From NCBI GenBank assembly GCA_038841535.1, contig JAWBTQ010000022.1:1-19773 (forward strand): a stretch of DNA of 19,773 bases, in the 5' to 3' direction. The notes below the pieces were generated by a model. It was not told the origin of the DNA. It worked only from the letters and a program-made list of their open reading frames with translations, and ran no database searches. Position 1 is the stretch's first letter. Each line of letters starts with the position of its first letter. This DNA is from Sulfolobales archaeon (GTDB lineage Archaea; Thermoproteota; Thermoprotei_A; Sulfolobales; NBVN01). The position numbers and the translations under genes are program-made. This document shows, in pieces, positions 16,647 to 19,773 of the stretch.

Positions 16647-18977
16647 ATGCGGTACGTGATGGCCAGCCTATTCGCTATATCGCTCATAAGCCTACTCCTT
16701 ATAGGTGTAGCAGCACCTGTAGAAGCCCAGAAGGGACTGGGTGAGGATTGGTATAAGTACGGGCCGTACCTAGATAAAATAACATACCCAGTAATGAAGG
16801 ACTACACTATGAGGTTATTAGCCTTCGAGGCCGGTGAGTTATCTTTAACTGGTGTCCTCCCGGCCCACCTAGATAGAGTAAGGACGAATAGACCTGATGC
16901 CCACATATTCTTTACTGTAGGTATAAACTCTCTAGGTCAGCTACACTTTAACGTAGAGTTATGGCCAGTTAAGTACTTCGAGTTGAGGGCTGCTTTAGCC
17001 CACTTATGGAATAGGGATAGGATAATCGCGGAATCCCCACTTAGGGGGCTAGCAGTAAAGTGTACTACTATAGCTCCACCTACTCACGGTGCTTGGGTTA
17101 ACTGGGATGCTGACTTCGAGAAGCTTTACCCGTACGACCCTGAGAAGGCTAAGTCTCTCTTAGCGAAGATATTTACACCATGTACTGGTCCTGACGGTAG
17201 ACCTGCTTGGTGCGACCCGAGAGAGGGAGGTAGATTAGTCGAGATCGAGATCCTCTCACTACCGGAAGCTACATCACCAACCTACTGGTGGATAGCTCAG
17301 TACATAAAGTCAGAAGCAGAAGCAATAGGACTGAGAGTAACGATAAAGGCCGTCAGCAGCAGAGAACTAGACGCAGCAACTGCTGCTGGAACTGCTCAAA
17401 CATGGATCATTGGATGGTCTTTTGGCAGGTTCCCTACGTTCATGTACTACTTCTGGCACAGCAGCGAGATCAGGCCGGGCGGCTGGAACGAGTGGAGAGT
17501 CAACGACTCAAGGCTCGACGCTATTCTCGACAGGTTCTACTTCACTAAAGACATGAAGGAGGCTATGGAGTATGGCTGGAAGGCTCAGGAACTTCTAGCT
17601 AAAGAGATAATTCCGTGGATACCCACGTACACAAGCATAGGTATTACAGCTTTCGATGGTGCTGTAGATAGAGACTCCATAATCTTAGCTTACGCACCAC
17701 CTCTAAAGGACCCCGTAGGGTTCTCAGCATTCTGGTGGTTCACCGTTAAATACAAAGACAGAACATTCGGTGGTGTTTTAAGGTACTACCACACAGTCGA
17801 CCTGACGACCTACCACCCAGCGACATACCTGTGGGCTAGTGAGGCAGACGCTATCTTTAGGATATACATACCGACTATGTATACAAGACCTGAGGACATA
17901 TATGCCGAGCCGAGGATACCGATGTTCTTAAAGTACTTCAAGATAGATGAAGTAACATATGAAGGTACGAAAGCGTATAGGTTCACCATAACACTCTTTG
18001 AGGGCATCAAGTGGCAAGACGGTGTTGAGCTTACTGCGGAGGATTATGCCTATACAGTACTAAAGTTCGGTAGAGAGTTAAAGACTAGGAGGTACTACGG
18101 TCCGGACATAGAGCAGCTCATAGACGTAAAGGTAGTCAACAAGACCACGCTGGAGCTATACTTCAAGGACTACGGTTGGGTAGACCCATTCGCTTACACT
18201 GAGCGTGTCATACTGCCTAAACACGTATTTGAAAGATTACCTAACCCACTAGAAGACCCATCAACACTGCCACACCCAACGATACCAGGCCTGCCAGCAA
18301 TGATCGGTAACGGACCGTACGCTTTAGCTAAGATAAGAGAGATAGCTTACGCTGAGCTCGTCTGGAACCCGTGGTTCTACTACAGACATCCAGATAGGAC
18401 AGTAAAGTTCGCTACCGTGACTATACCCAGCACCGTTGATGAAGGCAAGTCATTCAAGGTCTCTGTAACCTTAGTTGACTACCTAGGTGCTAGAGCAACT
18501 AATGCCTCCGTTACTTTGAAGCTCACTGGTCCAATAACTCTAACGCTCACCGTCTCTCACGTCGGTGGTGGTGTGTACGAAGCAACTGTCCCAGGTCTAA
18601 GAGCAGGCACTTACTCCGTTGAGATATACGCAGAGCAGCCGATCATGAAGTGGTCTGTTGACAACAAGTACTCCACTAAAGTAACTGTTGGTGCTGTTGT
18701 TGGTCCTGGTCCAGTAGGTCCCACTATCGAGAGACCGCCGGCAGTGGTCATCGAGATCCCGGGAATTCCGCCAGTGCAAATAACTCCACCGCCAATGATA
18801 TCGTTCGCAGCACCAGAGGTAAAGGTGACAACACCCGTAGTAACGCTTTCATCGACTGAGGCCGTACCCAAGACTACAGAAACAGTTGCGGCAGTAGCAC
18901 CAGCCACGCTATCGTATGGAGCCGTAGCACTATCGATAGTAGCTCTAGGAATAGCTGTAGCAGTAAGAAGAAAATAA
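16647..18977 (+). CDS. Peptide/oligopeptide ABC transporter substrate-binding protein (family 5), circularly permuted, with C-terminal Ig-like domain, Pro/Thr linker and membrane anchor
   Basis: 776 aa; signal peptide, YDPEKAKSLL, GIKWQDGVELTAED and GNGPY motifs, and a C-terminal hydrophobic helix ending in RRK. Confidence 0.9.
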   Translation: MRYVMASLFAISLISLLLIGVAAPVEAQKGLGEDWYKYGPYLDKITYPVMKDYTMRLLAFEAGELSLTGVLPAHLDRVRTNRPDAHIFFTVGINSLGQLHFNVELWPVKYFELRAALAHLWNRDRIIAESPLRGLAVKCTTIAPPTHGAWVNWDADFEKLYPYDPEKAKSLLAKIFTPCTGPDGRPAWCDPREGGRLVEIEILSLPEATSPTYWWIAQYIKSEAEAIGLRVTIKAVSSRELDAATAAGTAQTWIIGWSFGRFPTFMYYFWHSSEIRPGGWNEWRVNDSRLDAILDRFYFTKDMKEAMEYGWKAQELLAKEIIPWIPTYTSIGITAFDGAVDRDSIILAYAPPLKDPVGFSAFWWFTVKYKDRTFGGVLRYYHTVDLTTYHPATYLWASEADAIFRIYIPTMYTRPEDIYAEPRIPMFLKYFKIDEVTYEGTKAYRFTITLFEGIKWQDGVELTAEDYAYTVLKFGRELKTRRYYGPDIEQLIDVKVVNKTTLELYFKDYGWVDPFAYTERVILPKHVFERLPNPLEDPSTLPHPTIPGLPAMIGNGPYALAKIREIAYAELVWNPWFYYRHPDRTVKFATVTIPSTVDEGKSFKVSVTLVDYLGARATNASVTLKLTGPITLTLTVSHVGGGVYEATVPGLRAGTYSVEIYAEQPIMKWSVDNKYSTKVTVGAVVGPGPVGPTIERPPAVVIEIPGIPPVQITPPPMISFAAPEVKVTTPVVTLSSTEAVPKTTETVAAVAPATLSYGAVALSIVALGIAVAVRRK

Positions 18978-18983
18978 GTTAAT

Positions 18984-19022
18984 CACGTTTTTGTTTAGCA
19001 TTATTTTCTCGGTCTTATTTCT
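18984..19022 (+). terminator. Putative oligo-T archaeal terminator
   Basis: T-rich tracts (cgtttttgttt, ttattttctc, cttatttc) immediately after the stop at 18977. Confidence 0.45.
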
Positions 19023-19187
19023 AGTTACATATCTATACCTCAATCTTAGTTTAGTTTACACATAGCCTCTTTACTTTAGTAACTAGATATTGGAAAGAAC
19101 CCAGATAATCAACGACAGCAATTGAGTTAAGGAAATTATCTATCTTATATATTTAAGGGTTACACCGTAGGATTATAGGGAAACTAA

Positions 19188-19773
19188 GTGGGTGCTGGGA
19201 CGTTCATTGCTAAGACAGGAGTTAGGTTGATAGGAACGTACATGGTAGTGCTCATGATTTACTTCATCGTTGTTAGAGTGCTGCCCGTAGTTGCTGCTGG
19301 TGGTAATATGGCAGCAGACCCTCTCCTAGCAGCACTAAGAAGAACTGCTGAAGACCCTAGGTTCAGCCTGTGGATCGGTGAGACTATAAAGAGGTTCGGT
19401 CTGGATAGACCGCTAGTACCCGACCAGCTATTGATGTACTTGAGAAACATACTCGTCTTTGACTTTGGGATCTCCGTATACACCCAAAAACCTGTTTTAG
19501 ATGAGATAGCTACTAGACTTCCCTATACGTTGTCCTTCTACACTATAACGACTATATTGCCGATAGTAATAGGGTTCTACCTAGGGATAACTGCGGCAAA
19601 GAATAGAGGCAGACCTCTAGATACAGCTATAGTTCAGGCATCAATATTTACCAACATGCTTCCTGGGTGGCTCACTCTCCTAATAGTGTACTACGTGCTA
19701 GCGTATCTTCCAAGAGTTACGTGGGGTTACTACATATTCCCACTTCCGGTTAGAGCTCCTGAGATAGGTATTA
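19188..19773 (+). CDS. Peptide ABC transporter permease (OppB/DppB-like), runs off the window end; absent from the ORF track
   Basis: Frame from GTG 19188 gives MGAGTFIAKTGVRLIGTYMVVLMIYFIVVRVLP...RFGLDRPL..Q...YLRNILVFDFGISVYTQKPVLDEIATRLPYTL; TATATATTTAAG at about 19146-19157. Confidence 0.92.
   Translation, partial: MGAGTFIAKTGVRLIGTYMVVLMIYFIVVRVLPVVAAGGNMAADPLLAALRRTAEDPRFSLWIGETIKRFGLDRPLVPDQLLMYLRNILVFDFGISVYTQKPVLDEIATRLPYTLSFYTITTILPIVIGFYLGITAAKNRGRPLDTAIVQASIFTNMLPGWLTLLIVYYVLAYLPRVTWGYYIFPLPVRAPEIGI

Noticed and set aside
15110-19483. Shadow ORFs 15110..15388, 17288..17548, 17810..18010, 18597..18779, 18611..18907 and 19259..19483
   Set aside because: Lie within pgk, the binding-protein gene or the permease on other frames or strands.
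1-19773. CRISPR arrays, tRNA or rRNA genes, integrases or intact transposases
   Set aside because: On manual reading I saw no regularly spaced direct repeats, cloverleaf/T-loop signatures or recombinase motifs.

Overview
Archaeal chromosomal window, most consistent with a Thermoproteota (crenarchaeal, Desulfurococcales-like) genome; this rests on rpoL plus a DUF2067-like gene, a short helicase-less Xpf, TATA/BRE promoters and GGTGA-type Shine-Dalgarno sites. Most of it is housekeeping and peptide/amino-acid metabolism: rpoL, tldD/tldE, gdhA, an HD hydrolase, hypD, an acetamidase/formamidase, xpf with a DHH phosphoesterase, a TAXI receptor with a DUF1850-like gene, pgk, and a peptide ABC binding protein with the start of its permease. 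Two intergenic zones hold the unexpected signal. (1) 6430-8300 has a well-formed C/D box sRNA candidate and a ~140-160 bp imperfect palindrome with almost no loop. The palindrome overlaps the stop codon of a small PD-(D/E)XK nuclease-like gene that is divergently paired with a winged-helix-like gene, which is a candidate undescribed module. (2) 14097-14740 has one, probably two, internally deleted IS200/IS605 tnpB-like remnants that retain structured 3'-end (omegaRNA/H-ACA-like) sequence. The peptide-binding protein is circularly permuted relative to canonical OppA/DppA. All family calls come from motif recognition by eye; no searches were run.
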